Notes: a model not told the origin generated them from the sequence alone. Numbered from the stretch's first letter, positions 42,905-53,704 are shown. The stretch: 64,000 nucleotides of DNA from an uncultured cyanobacterium (GCA_963706595.1 OY970166.1:288001-352000); one strand, 5' to 3'. Translations and numbers: made by a program.

Positions 42905-43198
42905 TCATCGGCGTGGTTTTTTCTTAGCAATAGTCAGAATTGGCAGAGTCGGACTAGATGATTGGGAAGGCAAATAATGTTGTACGACAGGCTGTTCTGG
43001 GAGGGTTTGCCGTTGCTGGATGCGCCACAACTTAAAAGCTAAACTTATCCCTGCTGTCCCCAACCCGACAGCAAATAATGACCAACTATCATTCAGTCCC
43101 CCAATCAGGGAATCTACCATGCCTACCGTCATCAAGACACTGATTATCGGGTCTCTTCTGTAGGCTGACTTTAAAAAACGAGGTAATACAGCATTCAT
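42905..43198 (-). CDS. Small membrane protein, hypothetical
   Basis: MNAVLPRFLKSAYRRDPI.. with two hydrophobic segments; start re-called. Confidence 0.75.
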   Translation of the reverse strand: MNAVLPRFLKSAYRRDPIISVLMTVGMVDSLIGGLNDSWSLFAVGLGTAGISLAFKLWRIQQRQTLPEQPVVQHYLPSQSSSPTLPILTIAKKKPRR

Positions 43199-43379
43199 CA
43201 CGGCTTGGTTTGTCCAGATTACCTTATGTTTGACACTCCCCCACTTTTTGACTGCGGTTTTTGCAAGGGAGTTCGCAATTAGTAGATATTGCTCTGTCAA
43301 AACCAGCTAGTTGTTCCAGCTGGTTCAAACACTTCTAATTACTAGCTTACAACTTCAAATTTTATGCTTATTAGCAGGA

Positions 43380-43550
43380 CTATTTCAGGCCTAGCCATGA
43401 TAGCACACCTTGATTAGTGAAATACTCGATCACCACCATCAGTAAAAAGCCAACCATTGCAGCTCTACCGTTTAAGCGTTCAGCATATTCATTAAAGCCA
43501 AATTTAGGATCTTCTAATTTGGGGGTAATTGTTGGTTGTGATTGTGTCAT
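43380..43550 (-). CDS. hli: High light-inducible protein (Hlip/SCP)
   Basis: FGFNEYAERLNGRAAMVGF chlorophyll-binding motif; start re-called to MTQSQP. Confidence 0.95.
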   Translation of the reverse strand: MTQSQPTITPKLEDPKFGFNEYAERLNGRAAMVGFLLMVVIEYFTNQGVLSWLGLK

Positions 43551-43964
43551 TTTCCTAGAACCTCTTTTTGGCAAACGGGAGTTAAAACAGTGAACAGGTA
43601 ACAATTATCAGGGTTTCAGATGGCATTGAGAACCAGACCAAAACCAACTTCTTTCACAAGTGAGAGAGTGTGACTTTCCATTTGATGATTGCTAACTGAT
43701 GGGGGAGATGGAGGTGCTTGAATGCCAGCATCTCTGAGAGAATCGGCTACAGCGTCCCAAAAAAATCCTACCAATACTATTTTAACAATTTGTAATGATT
43801 TTTTATATATTGTAGAAATACTGCGGCAATAGTCAAGGGTAGGAGTTTCATCGCTTGTGAGTGGGGTTGAAAAAACTAGGTTAGTAGTTAGTTATCCCTA
43901 ATACGGAAGTGCAAGCCGGATACTGGCAGGCTAAAGTTGAATAAAAAATCATTAGAGGCGGAAC

Positions 43965-45056
43965 ATGGAAATCGGCGTTCCTAGAGAGTCTAAGGATCAA
44001 GAATTTCGGGTAGGGTTGAGTCCTTCTAGTGTGCGAGTCCTGCGGGAAAATGGTCATGCCATTTTTGTTGAGACTCAAGCAGGTAGTGGCGCGGGATTTA
44101 CAGACGATGACTATCAAGAAGCTGGTGCTGAAATTGTTTCCACACCCGAAAAAACTTGGAATCGGGAGTTAGTTGTCAAAGTTAAAGAGCCTCTAATTAG
44201 TGAGTATAACTTTTTACAAAAAGGTCAAATATTATTTACTTATCTGCATTTAGCGGCTGATCGGAAATTGACCGAGCATTTAATTGATTGTGGCACTTGT
44301 GCAATCGCCTACGAAACCGTAGAACAACCCGGTGCTAACAAACTACCACTGCTGAGTCCCATGAGCATCATTGCAGGTAGGCTAGCAGTACAATTTGGAG
44401 CCAGATTTCTAGAACGCCAACAAGGTGGTAGAGGAGTTCTTTTAGGTGGTGTCCCCGGAGTCAAAGCCGGAAAAGTCGTAATTTTAGGCGGCGGCGTTGT
44501 TGGTACAGAAGCCGCTAAAATTGCCGTAGGTATGGGTGCGGCTGTGCAAATCTTAGATGTGAGCGTTGAGCGCTTATCTTACTTAGAAACCCTATTTGGT
44601 TCTAGAGTTGAATTGGTGTACAGTAACTCTGCTCACATCCAAGCCGCTATCACAGAAGCCGACTTACTGATTGGTGCAGTTTTAGTCCCAGGACGCAGAG
44701 CGCCCATATTAGTATCGCGTGAATTGGTCAAACAAATGCATCCCGGCTCAGTCATTGTAGATGTTGCAGTTGATCAAGGCGGTTGTGTGGAAACACTACA
44801 CGTCACATCACATACTAATCCTGTCTATGTTGAAGAAGGTGTAGTGCATTATGGTGTTCCTAATATGCCAGGTGCAGTACCTTGGACAGCAACACAAGCA
44901 CTAAATAACAGTACATTACCTTACGTTGTGCAGTTAGCCAATCTAGGCATTAAAGCATTAGATGTTAACCCAGCATTAGCTAAAGGCTTGAATGTCCAAA
45001 ATCATCGCTTAGTACATCCGGCTGTACAAGAGGTTTTCCCAGATTTAGTAAATTAA
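43965..45056 (+). CDS. ald: Alanine dehydrogenase
   Basis: MEIGVPRESKDQEFRVGL, VKVKEP, FTYLHLA, DVAVDQGGC, VPNMPGAVP. Confidence 0.97.
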   Translation: MEIGVPRESKDQEFRVGLSPSSVRVLRENGHAIFVETQAGSGAGFTDDDYQEAGAEIVSTPEKTWNRELVVKVKEPLISEYNFLQKGQILFTYLHLAADRKLTEHLIDCGTCAIAYETVEQPGANKLPLLSPMSIIAGRLAVQFGARFLERQQGGRGVLLGGVPGVKAGKVVILGGGVVGTEAAKIAVGMGAAVQILDVSVERLSYLETLFGSRVELVYSNSAHIQAAITEADLLIGAVLVPGRRAPILVSRELVKQMHPGSVIVDVAVDQGGCVETLHVTSHTNPVYVEEGVVHYGVPNMPGAVPWTATQALNNSTLPYVVQLANLGIKALDVNPALAKGLNVQNHRLVHPAVQEVFPDLVN

Positions 45057-45097
45057 TAATTTCGTGATTCCTTCAGACTGAAATCTGAAAACACATA

Positions 45098-45128
45098 AAA
45101 AAAGCCTGCTTATGCAGGCTCAATTTTT
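45098..45128. terminator. Putative bidirectional terminator between ald and vapC
   Basis: AGCCTGC-TTAT-GCAGGCT stem flanked by A- and T-runs. Confidence 0.6.
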
Positions 45129-45368
45129 TCTAGTTAATTAACCACAATTCATCTAATTTTAAGGTATAATTAATTGTCATAAAAAATAATTTTATCTTGA
45201 TAGCTAGTTAGTAGCATCGACTAACAAAAATGAAACCTGTATGTTCGCAAATACCAAAACAAATAGACAAAGACAATTTTATGGGTATAATTTTCCAATG
45301 CTTCGGAATATCACCCAACCACTCAACACCAGAATCTTTATACTTTTGATAACCCTGATACTTACCCA

Positions 45369-45788
45369 TTATTCCCCTTCCCAATCTTCTATTTTTAACC
45401 CCTCAACTCGGCTAAATTCTCTAACATTATGAGTCACTAATATCAAATCAGTTGCTAAAGCAATAGAAGCAATTTGGATGTCATTTGAGCCAATAGGAGT
45501 TCCAGCTTTTTCTAAATCAGCCCGAATTTTACCATAAATTTCAGCACAGTAATCATCAAATGATAGAGATACAAATTGCCTGACAAACATCTTTTGAACA
45601 GTTAGAGCTTTTTGAGGATTGTTACTACGCATAGACCCATAAAATAACTCAGCCTTGACTACAGAACAAACCGCAATTTTTTCAGGTTCTAGGTTATCAA
45701 GATGATTATTAATGCTCAGTGAACGACCCTTTAGATACATAATACAAACATTTGTATCTAGTAAATAAATTAAAGAAGTATTACTCAT
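45369..45788 (-). CDS. vapC: VapC family PIN-domain toxin
   Basis: YLLDTNVC, VKAELFYG, IGSNDIQIASIA, LVTHNVREF. Confidence 0.93.
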   Translation of the reverse strand: MSNTSLIYLLDTNVCIMYLKGRSLSINNHLDNLEPEKIAVCSVVKAELFYGSMRSNNPQKALTVQKMFVRQFVSLSFDDYCAEIYGKIRADLEKAGTPIGSNDIQIASIALATDLILVTHNVREFSRVEGLKIEDWEGE

Positions 45789-46098
45789 CAAAAACCCCAA
45801 TCAAATCATCGTCTATTTCAGGAGACATACCTAAATCATCCATTGCAAAATCAATATCAGCACAAGCACCATATAAATTTATTAACCCCCTAGAATGAAG
45901 TATATTTTTTTGTTTCAAAAATTCCCTGAGTTCAGCATCAGAAGCAAAATTTAGTAAATCCTTTAGTTCATCAAAATCAATTAACTGTTCTCGGAAAGCC
46001 TCTAAGACAATATTATTTAGGATTTTTTCTGGTAAATTACCCCATTTTCTTTGGATCTTTTCTGTCAATTTATCTGGTAAATCAATTGTTACTTGCAT
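45781..46098 (-). CDS. Putative antitoxin (UPF0175-like N-terminus) coupled to vapC
   Basis: Overlaps the vapC start; acidic C-terminus. Confidence 0.7.
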   Translation of the reverse strand: MQVTIDLPDKLTEKIQRKWGNLPEKILNNIVLEAFREQLIDFDELKDLLNFASDAELREFLKQKNILHSRGLINLYGACADIDFAMDDLGMSPEIDDDLIGVFDE

Positions 46099-46356
46099 AA
46101 TTTGAAAATCTCCTAACTCTATATTTATATATTAGTCCTTAGAGGATGTTTTAAAAGTCTTATTGTCGTATGATGTTTGTGATTTTCCTCTTCCTGTAAA
46201 TATACGGAAAAATTTCGGTAATTTTTCCAAGGCTCAAGACAAAAATAAACTTTTTCTTACATTTTGGCAACATTGCCGAAAAATCAATTATAAAGATTTT
46301 GTGTATCGACATTAGCCTTTATCCTCAAGATGATGGCTAACTCAAGGAGAACATTT

Positions 46357-47802
46357 GTGGAATTTTTATCCAATTCAGTGGTGTTATCACGGATGCAGTT
46401 TGCATTCACTGCACTATTTCACATGATATGGCCTGTCCTGACTACAGGGATGGGGATTTATCTAGTGATAGTTGAAGGAGTATGGCTAAAAACTCGTAAC
46501 CCTGATTACTACCTTCATGCTCGTTTTTGGTCAAAGTTTTACGTCCTCAATTTTGGGATTGGTGTAGCAACTGGTATCCCGATGGAATTTCAATTTGGTA
46601 CGAATTGGGGACCTTTCTCGGAAGCTGTAGGTAACTTTTTTGGTAGCGTTATCGGTTTTGAGGCTTCTTGGGCATTTATGCTAGAAGCAGCATTTTTAGG
46701 TATTATGTTATTCGGCTGGGAACGTGTTAATCCCGCCATTCATTATCTTTCAACAATTTTGGTAGCTTTTGGCGCGAACCTATCAACTCTCTGGATTTTG
46801 ACAGCAAATTCTTGGATGCAAACTCCTGCGGGTGGAGCAATGGTTGATGGTAAATTTGTTGTCAGTGATTACTTTCAGGCAATTTTAAATCCCTTCATGG
46901 TCAATAGTGTGCTGCATATGTTTTTTGCCACACTGGAAACTTCTTTATTTGTGATTGGTGGAATTAGTGCTTGGTATATTTTGAAGCAACGCCACCAAGC
47001 TTTTTTTACTCGGTCTTTAAAGATTGCTTTAGCAGCTGCGATCGCAGTCGCACCATTACAGATATATATTGGACACTTAAGCGGCGAACAAGTTTATCAC
47101 TATCAACCTACCAAACTCGCAGCAATGGAAGCCCAATGGGAATCTTCCCCAGCTGGACAACCTGCTGATTGGAGTTTGCTAGCTATACCCAACGAAAAAG
47201 CCCAAAAAAATGACTGGGAAATCACCGTTCCCAATGCGCTGGGCTACATTCTGGAATTTAAGCAAAACCTTTCGGAACCGTTACGCGGTTTAAAAGAGTG
47301 GAAACCAGAAGATCGTCCTCACATGGTGGGTTTAATTTATTACGCCTTCCGCACAATGATCGCCATTGGCTTTTTCTTAGCCGGCTTAATGCTGTTAAGT
47401 ACATTGCAATGGTTGCGCGGTAAGCTTTCAGCCGAAAATATTATACAGCAACGTTGGCTGATGCGAGCTTGGATCTTAGCCGCACCACTAGGATATCTAG
47501 CCATAGAATCAGGCTGGATTGTGCGCTGTGTAGGTAGACAACCCTGGACACTTTACGGACAAATCCGCACAGTTGATTCTGCTTCTAATGTACCTGCTAG
47601 CAATGTTTTAGTTTCACTCAGTAGCTTTGTCATAGTCTACAGTTTGTTATTTATTGCAGCTATATATTTCGGTAGTCGCATTATTCGTCAAGGGCCAAAT
47701 CTTGACTTACCAATCCCCGGAGTAGAAATTACTAAACCAGCAATAGAAACTTCCCCTGGAGAGTTTATACCCGATGAACGTCCTGTAGAAGCACAACAAT
47801 AA
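46357..47802 (+). CDS. cydA: Cytochrome bd quinol oxidase subunit I
   Basis: LSRMQFAFTALFH, GIPMEFQFGTNW, QPTKLAAME, GRQPW; GTG start behind AAGGAGA. Confidence 0.96.
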   Translation: MEFLSNSVVLSRMQFAFTALFHMIWPVLTTGMGIYLVIVEGVWLKTRNPDYYLHARFWSKFYVLNFGIGVATGIPMEFQFGTNWGPFSEAVGNFFGSVIGFEASWAFMLEAAFLGIMLFGWERVNPAIHYLSTILVAFGANLSTLWILTANSWMQTPAGGAMVDGKFVVSDYFQAILNPFMVNSVLHMFFATLETSLFVIGGISAWYILKQRHQAFFTRSLKIALAAAIAVAPLQIYIGHLSGEQVYHYQPTKLAAMEAQWESSPAGQPADWSLLAIPNEKAQKNDWEITVPNALGYILEFKQNLSEPLRGLKEWKPEDRPHMVGLIYYAFRTMIAIGFFLAGLMLLSTLQWLRGKLSAENIIQQRWLMRAWILAAPLGYLAIESGWIVRCVGRQPWTLYGQIRTVDSASNVPASNVLVSLSSFVIVYSLLFIAAIYFGSRIIRQGPNLDLPIPGVEITKPAIETSPGEFIPDERPVEAQQ

Positions 47803-47812
47803 GAAAATTCTC

Positions 47813-48110
47813 AACCTCACCCCAACCCTCTCCTTGGTAAGGAGAGGGAGCAGGAATATTTTTTGCGTGTTCATCTGTGGTTTTAAATATCTTGCAACAG
47901 ATGAATTGGGAAAAGTCTTAACCTCACCCCAACCCTCTCCTTAGTAAGGAGAGGGAGCAGGAATATTTTTTTGTGAGTTCATCTGTGGTTGTAAATATTT
48001 TGCAACAGATGAATTGGGAAAAGTCTCAACCTCACCCCAACCCTCTCCTTAGTAAGGAGAGGGAGCAGGAATATTTTTTTGTGAGTTCATCTGTGGTTGT
48101 AAATATTTTG
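47813..48110 (+). repeat. About 2.8 x 107-108-bp tandem repeat with hairpin CCCTCTCCTT-nGT-AAGGAGAGGG between cydA and cydB
   Basis: Units start at 47813, 47920, 48028. Confidence 0.93.
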
Positions 48111-48148
48111 AATCTGTATTTTGGTAAAAAATCTCAACAGGAAATTCT

Positions 48149-49162
48149 ATGGAGACACTTGAATATTTTCTTCCCCAAGTATGGTTTGTAATTTTGGCTC
48201 TGTTCCTCTTACTCTATGTAATGCTAGACGGATTTGATTTAGGGGTAGGGATATTATCTCTCACTTCTACTGATGAGGAACGCCGGGGAATTTTAATGAC
48301 CAGTTTGAGTAACATTTGGGATGCGAATGAAACATGGCTTGTTCTCTTAGGAGGCGGGCTTTTTGGTGCATTTCCCTTAGCTTATGGCACAATTTTTACT
48401 GCGTTATATATTCCCCTACTCACAATGGTGTTTGGGTTTATTTTTCGGGGTGTAGCCTTTGAATTTAGGGAGTTATCCAACCGCAAAATTTTCTGGAATT
48501 TCGCCTTTGGGGCGGGGAGTTTTACCGCCGCACTCGGTCAAGGTTTCGCTTTGGGTGCTGTACTCAAGGGTATTAAAGTTGATCAAGCCGGACACTTTAT
48601 TGGTACAACTTGGGATTGGCTGAGTATTCCCTCTGTGTTGGTGGCTTTAACTTTGATTCAAGGATACGTGTTGATTGGTTCCACTTATCTTATCTGGAAA
48701 ACTACGGGAGAATTACAAGCTACTCACTTTAAAACTGCTAAAATCGCAGCTTGGACAACTTTAATCGGTGCGGTTTTCATTACCGTTACCACACCAATCA
48801 TTTATGAAACTGCTAGATCCCGCTTATTTCAACAACCCCTAGTTTATATCTTTGCCGTCATTCCTGTGTTAGGAGTGCTGCTAATTTGGCAACTTCTCAG
48901 AAGTCTTAACCGCAGAGAAGAAAGAGCGCCTTTTGTGTGGACGATTCTTTTGTTTGTGCTGACTTTTCTAGGTTTAGGATTAATTGTTTTTCCGTATATT
49001 ATTCCTAATCAAATCACCATTTATCAAGCTGCTGCTGATCCGAGTTCGCTGGTAATCATGATTATTTTTATCGGCTTTCTGATTCCAGTGATGTTGTTTT
49101 ACAACCTTTACCAATACATTGTGTTTAGAGGTAAGGTGACTGGTGAGCAGTATGGGGAATAA
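48149..49162 (+). CDS. cydB: Cytochrome bd quinol oxidase subunit II
   Basis: LDGFDLGVG, WDANETWLV, RGVAFEFR. Confidence 0.96.
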   Translation: METLEYFLPQVWFVILALFLLLYVMLDGFDLGVGILSLTSTDEERRGILMTSLSNIWDANETWLVLLGGGLFGAFPLAYGTIFTALYIPLLTMVFGFIFRGVAFEFRELSNRKIFWNFAFGAGSFTAALGQGFALGAVLKGIKVDQAGHFIGTTWDWLSIPSVLVALTLIQGYVLIGSTYLIWKTTGELQATHFKTAKIAAWTTLIGAVFITVTTPIIYETARSRLFQQPLVYIFAVIPVLGVLLIWQLLRSLNRREERAPFVWTILLFVLTFLGLGLIVFPYIIPNQITIYQAAADPSSLVIMIIFIGFLIPVMLFYNLYQYIVFRGKVTGEQYGE

Positions 49163-49269
49163 TTGAGTTTTTGTTGGTAGTAAACATTTCTAGATCCCCC
49201 TAAATCCCCCTAAACCCCTTCGGGGATGCGCTTTCGGCGTAGAAAAAGGGGGATTTTAATCTATGTTCT

Positions 49270-49511
49270 TTTGGTGTCCCCTTGTGGGGAATTAGTTATA
49301 GGTAACAAGGTTCTATCTCACTTTGGAAGAATCAATCCGATAACGAAAACGCGTTTCCGTCCCCTTGCGGGGAATTGGTTATAGGTAATGACAATTCACC
49401 ACACGCCACGCTACATTTAATTCATGTTTCCGTCCCCTTGCGGGGAAGTGGTTATAGGTAACTTGCAGAGGCACAGCTTACTATCCAAGAACAGATTGCA
49501 CAGTTTCCATC
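49270..49511 (-). CRISPR. Orphan mini CRISPR array: 3 repeats (37 bp) plus a truncated 4th, spacers 46/36/40 bp
   Basis: Repeat (+) GTTTCCGTCCCCTTGCGGGGAATTGGTTATAGGTAAC at 49353 and 49426, degenerate at 49270, GTTTCCATC at 49503; unique spacers; no cas gene in window. Confidence 0.85.
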
Positions 49512-49789
49512 TACAGCTTGCTCTAGCTTGCAGCGACAAAATCAAAGCTAGCTTTACAATCCGTTACAATTTGCCCAGCTACCGCCCAATCTTGATTTAA
49601 CCGTGTTTTGTCTGCTGTGATTCCTAGCTGTGGGATAAATTGTGTGTACGTCGTAGCGTACCAAGGAGGGAAACCGAAAATTAAGGATAAAGTGACGGAA
49701 GGTAGCCAAGCGATCGCCTGACTTCCACACTACTCATCTACAATAGAAATAGAATTGTTGAGATTTGTATAGTTAGAGTTTAAGCTGTC

Positions 49790-50809
49790 ATGGCTCCTGC
49801 CGTTTTAATTGAAAAGCTACAAAAGAGCTACGGTAAAGTAGTCGCTGTCAAAGATGTCTCCTTTCAGGTAGAACAGGGAGAAATCTTTGGTTTACTCGGT
49901 CCTAACGGGGCTGGGAAAACTACGACTCTGCGTGCTTTATGTACTCTCACTACACCGGATGCTGGCAAAATTGAAGTATCTGGTATCTCCGTTATCGATA
50001 ACCCCAGAATCGCCCGCCAAAAACTGGGCTATGTAGCGCAAGAAGTCGCATTAGATAAGGTGCTGACTGGGAAAGAACTACTGCAATTGCAAGCCGCCCT
50101 TTATCATATCCCCCGTGCTGTAGCTAAACAGCGTATTGATATGGTACTAGATTTGCTCGGTTTACAGGAATACGCTAATAAAAAATCTGGAACCTACTCC
50201 GGCGGTTTACGCAAGCGTTTAGACTTAGCAGCTGGTTTACTCCACGCCCCAGATGTTTTGGTGTTGGATGAGCCTACTGTGGGGCTTGACATAGATAGCC
50301 GCTTTGTGGTATGGGAATTTCTGCGACAACTACGCGCCTCTGGGACAACAGTATTAATTACCAGCCATTATTTAGAAGAAATTGATGCCTTAGCGGATCG
50401 TGTGGCAATTATTGACCGTGGTGTGGTGATTGCGGCTGGTACACCTTCTCAATTAAAGGATAAAGTTGGAGGCGATCGCATCACTTTACGAATCCGCGAA
50501 TTTTCCCCCATTGAAGAAGCCGAAAAAGCCAAGCACCTCTTGCAAGATTTACCTTTTGTGCAAGAAATAATTATCAATAACGCTCAAGGTAATTCCCTCA
50601 ATTTAGTAGTCACACCCCAAAGTGATGCCCTCATTACCATCCAGCAATCCCTAAACACCGTCGGCTTACCCACCTTTGGCATTGCCCAATCTCGCCCCAG
50701 CCTCGATGACGTTTACCTCGCCGCCACCGGACGCACCTTACTGGATGCAGAACTCGCCGCAGTCAGCACCCGCGATCCCAAAGCCGAGAAAAAGCAAAAC
50801 ATGAGATAG
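49790..50809 (+). CDS. ABC-2/DrrA-family exporter ATP-binding protein
   Basis: GPNGAGKTT, YSGGLRKRL, LVLDEPT, TSHYLEE. Confidence 0.95.
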   Translation: MAPAVLIEKLQKSYGKVVAVKDVSFQVEQGEIFGLLGPNGAGKTTTLRALCTLTTPDAGKIEVSGISVIDNPRIARQKLGYVAQEVALDKVLTGKELLQLQAALYHIPRAVAKQRIDMVLDLLGLQEYANKKSGTYSGGLRKRLDLAAGLLHAPDVLVLDEPTVGLDIDSRFVVWEFLRQLRASGTTVLITSHYLEEIDALADRVAIIDRGVVIAAGTPSQLKDKVGGDRITLRIREFSPIEEAEKAKHLLQDLPFVQEIIINNAQGNSLNLVVTPQSDALITIQQSLNTVGLPTFGIAQSRPSLDDVYLAATGRTLLDAELAAVSTRDPKAEKKQNMR

Positions 50810-50911
50810 TCATTGGTCATTAGTCATTAGGAAGTTACCATCTTCTCCCCACACCTCCCACACTCCCCACTCCCTACTCCCTACTCCCTACTCCCTACTC
50901 CCTAAATTCCT

Positions 50912-51799
50912 ATGAGTGTTAGTCCTAAAGTGAAATGAATTGGCAGCAATTAGCATCACCAGAAGCTAGATGTGAATGCAGCCCCCAATTTTTTCGGTGA
51001 CTTAGTACAAGAGACGCTGGCTTTAACTCGTCGCTTGTTTATTCAATTACAACGCCGTCCCTCGACGTTAGTCGCCGGAATTATTCAGCCGGTAATGTGG
51101 TTAGTGCTATTTGGCGCTTTATTCCAAAATGCCCCCAAAGGTTTGTTTGGAACTAGTGGAAACTACGGTCAATTTTTAGCGGCTGGCGTAATTGTTTTTA
51201 CAGCCTTTGCCGGGGCGCTAAATGCCGGTTTACCTGTGATGTTTGACCGGGAATTCGGCTTTTTAAATCGTTTGCTGGTAGCACCTTTAGCATCGCGGTT
51301 TTCCATTGTCTTCGCTTCCGCCATCTTTATTATTAGCCAAAGTTTGTTGCAAGCAGCCGTGATTGTAGCAGCAGCAGCCTTTCTAGGGGCGGGGCTACCG
51401 GATGCAGCAGGTTTAGGTGCGATCGCCTTAATCGTCTTTTTACTGGCATTGGGTGTAACCGCCATTTCTCTTGGTTTGGCTTTTACCTTACCCGGTCATA
51501 TCGAATTAATTGCAGTCATCTTTGTTACCAACCTGCCCCTGCTGTTTGCAAGTACCGCCTTGGCTCCTTTATCCTTCATGCCTCAGTGGTTACAAGTTGT
51601 CGCTACCCTCAATCCTCTCAGCTTTGCCATTGAACCAATACGCTATCTTTATCTTCACAGCGATTGGGGACTAGATAGCGTAGTGATGACAGCGCCTTGG
51701 GGTAATGTTACCTTTGGTGGAGCGCTGCTGGTGTTGTTTGGCTTTGCCCTTGTCGCTTTATTGAGCATTCAACCCCGACTGCGGCGAACTCTGGCGTAA
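50912..51799 (+). CDS. ABC-2 permease; 5' end disturbed by apparent compensating indels
   Basis: FDREFGFLNRLLVAP, NPLSFAIEPIR; ATG 50912 is in frame with ORF 50972 but has a TGA at 50936. Confidence 0.88.
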
Positions 51800-51843
51800 G
51801 ATCACAACTGAATTCGTTACAGCAATTTAAGGGTTAAAACTCT

Positions 51844-52194
51844 ATGAAAAAACCATTTTTATCAGTTACTAAACTTTCAGCGATAACTGTCGCAGGAATT
51901 GGCTTCGCTTCCTTATTTATGGCTGAACCCAGTTTGGCTCAATTCAACTCAGTGGATCGTGGTACAAACCAGAATACTGATCCCTTTGCTGCCCCAAACT
52001 CAGGTGATTTAAATATGATGGATATGATTCATCGGGCAAATATGGGAAGTATCAACTGGAATGCTAATCAGCAACAAGAACAACTAGAATCAACCGCAGC
52101 CGACTTTAGAGCTAGGCAACAAAAAGCTTTTCAAGAACAGCAACAGTCAAATACAGAGTCACCCACAGAACCTCAAGAAACTCAATTGCCGTAA
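51844..52194 (+). CDS. Hypothetical secreted protein
   Basis: Signal peptide ending PSLAQ; MMDMIHRAN motif. Confidence 0.8.
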   Translation: MKKPFLSVTKLSAITVAGIGFASLFMAEPSLAQFNSVDRGTNQNTDPFAAPNSGDLNMMDMIHRANMGSINWNANQQQEQLESTAADFRARQQKAFQEQQQSNTESPTEPQETQLP

Positions 52195-52432
52195 ATTTTA
52201 TCTCAAAACCTCAACCCCGAAACCCATAAGAGTCGGAGTTGAAAAAGAGGCAAGGGAGCAGGCTTGCCCTGAGCGCAGTCGAAGGGGAGCAGGGAGCAGG
52301 GGGGAAAGTCCAGATGGGGACTCAGACCCATGTTCTGCTCCGCTTCACGGCAGGAGGAAGGGGTCATTTCCCCCTGCTAGAAAGCCCACTTACCCCTGCC
52401 TCTTCGTTGAGGTTAAATTTAAAATCTCAAAA

Positions 52433-52870
52433 CTACAGACCAAGTGCAGCTAAAACATCACTGGCATGAGTAGTAGTATTTACACTAGCGTCAACATGAA
52501 CGATTTTGCCGCTAGGGTCAATTACGTAAGTGACACGCTTGGCATAACCACCGCCATCGACATCATAAGCTTTGATTAAACTTTGGTTAGTGTCAGCTAG
52601 TAGTGGAAAGTTCAGATTATATTTTTGGGTGAACGCCTGATGAGAAGCTTCATCATCCGCGCTGACTCCCAACACGACTACATCTTTACCTAAATATTGA
52701 GGTTGGGCATCCCGAAAGCTACAAGCTTGTTTGGTGCAGCCTGGAGTGTCATCTTTGGGGTAAAAATACAAAACAACTGTTTTTCCAGCAAAACTAGATA
52801 ATGAAACGGTGTTGCCGTTAGTATCTTTGACGGTAAATGCAGGTGCATCTGTACCAACTGCTAGAGGCAT
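52433..52870 (-). CDS. bcp: Peroxiredoxin Q/BCP family
   Basis: VVLYFYPKDDTPGCTKQACSFRD. Confidence 0.95.
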   Translation of the reverse strand: MPLAVGTDAPAFTVKDTNGNTVSLSSFAGKTVVLYFYPKDDTPGCTKQACSFRDAQPQYLGKDVVVLGVSADDEASHQAFTQKYNLNFPLLADTNQSLIKAYDVDGGGYAKRVTYVIDPSGKIVHVDASVNTTTHASDVLAALGL

Positions 52871-52967
52871 AATGAACCTTTCCTGTTTTAAATCGTGACT
52901 TTGAAATTTTACAATAATTTACAATATTTAAGTGATTAACTAGAGAAAGTATTACTTGGGAGTGAGG

Positions 52968-53165
52968 AGAAGAAGCAGGGGAGCAGGGTGCAGGGTGCAG
53001 GGGGGAGAAGAGGCAGGGGAGCAGGGTGCAGGGTGCAGGGGGGAGAAGAGGCAGGGGAGCAGGGTGCAGGGTGCAGGGGGGAGAAGAAGCAGGGGAGCAG
53101 GGAGAAGGGTGCAGGGGGGAGAAGAGGGTAACTTCCCAATGACTAATGACTAATGACCAATAACT
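52968..53165. repeat. G-rich tandem repeat (about 38-bp unit GAAGA(A/G)GCAGGGGAGCAGGGTGCAGGGTGCAGGGGGGA, about 4 copies) plus TGACTAA heptamers
   Basis: Direct reading. Confidence 0.9.
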
Positions 53166-53166
53166 A

Positions 53167-53580
53167 ATGACAAAAATGCCTACTATTAATTTCCCAAAAC
53201 GGAAAACCTTTTTCTATACTCGTAGCACAGAAGAAAGGGCGAAGCGATCGCTCGTATGTTCTCCCTTCAATCTTGTTTTATTTGAAGCCATGCGTCAGCA
53301 GAGTGTAGCATTAGGTGCGATCGCCATGGAAAATGGTGTCAAGCATAGTTATACCAAACGCCCTTTGTCAGAATTGGCGTGCGATAATGATTTGGGCTGG
53401 CTGATTCAAGTCGGTGTTTTGCGGCGAGAAGTCGATGGTCAAGGAATTACCGATGGTTTTCGCCTAACTCCTTTAGGACATCAGTTGGTAGAAAAATTTC
53501 AGGGCGAAAATTGGCCTAGTCCTTCGTGGAGCGATCGCCTGTACAATGCACTAATTTACTGGTTTAGGCTACCTTTTTAA
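53167..53580 (+). CDS. Conserved cyanobacterial protein (Npun_F0494-like)
   Basis: WLIQVGVLRREVDGQGITDGFRLTPLG. Confidence 0.85.
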   Translation: MTKMPTINFPKRKTFFYTRSTEERAKRSLVCSPFNLVLFEAMRQQSVALGAIAMENGVKHSYTKRPLSELACDNDLGWLIQVGVLRREVDGQGITDGFRLTPLGHQLVEKFQGENWPSPSWSDRLYNALIYWFRLPF

Positions 53581-53704
53581 TGATGAATTACTATCGCCAA
53601 AGATCCGCTAACCCGCCGTAGCGTGCAGTGGTCTAATATTACTCTGGCTAGCCTGCGGTCGGCTAAATTACGAATTACGAATTACGAATTACGAATTATA
53701 AATT

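Noticed and set aside
46138..46162. TTAGAGGATGTTTTAAAAGTC, and TAGACCCCTTGCAGAAGTC near 27169, resembling MITE/IS ends
   Set aside because: No partner inverted end found; cannot support an element
49403..49414. 12-nt match of CRISPR spacer 2 to the GTAGCGTGGCGT repeat near 58545
   Set aside because: Too short and flanks do not match; compatible with chance
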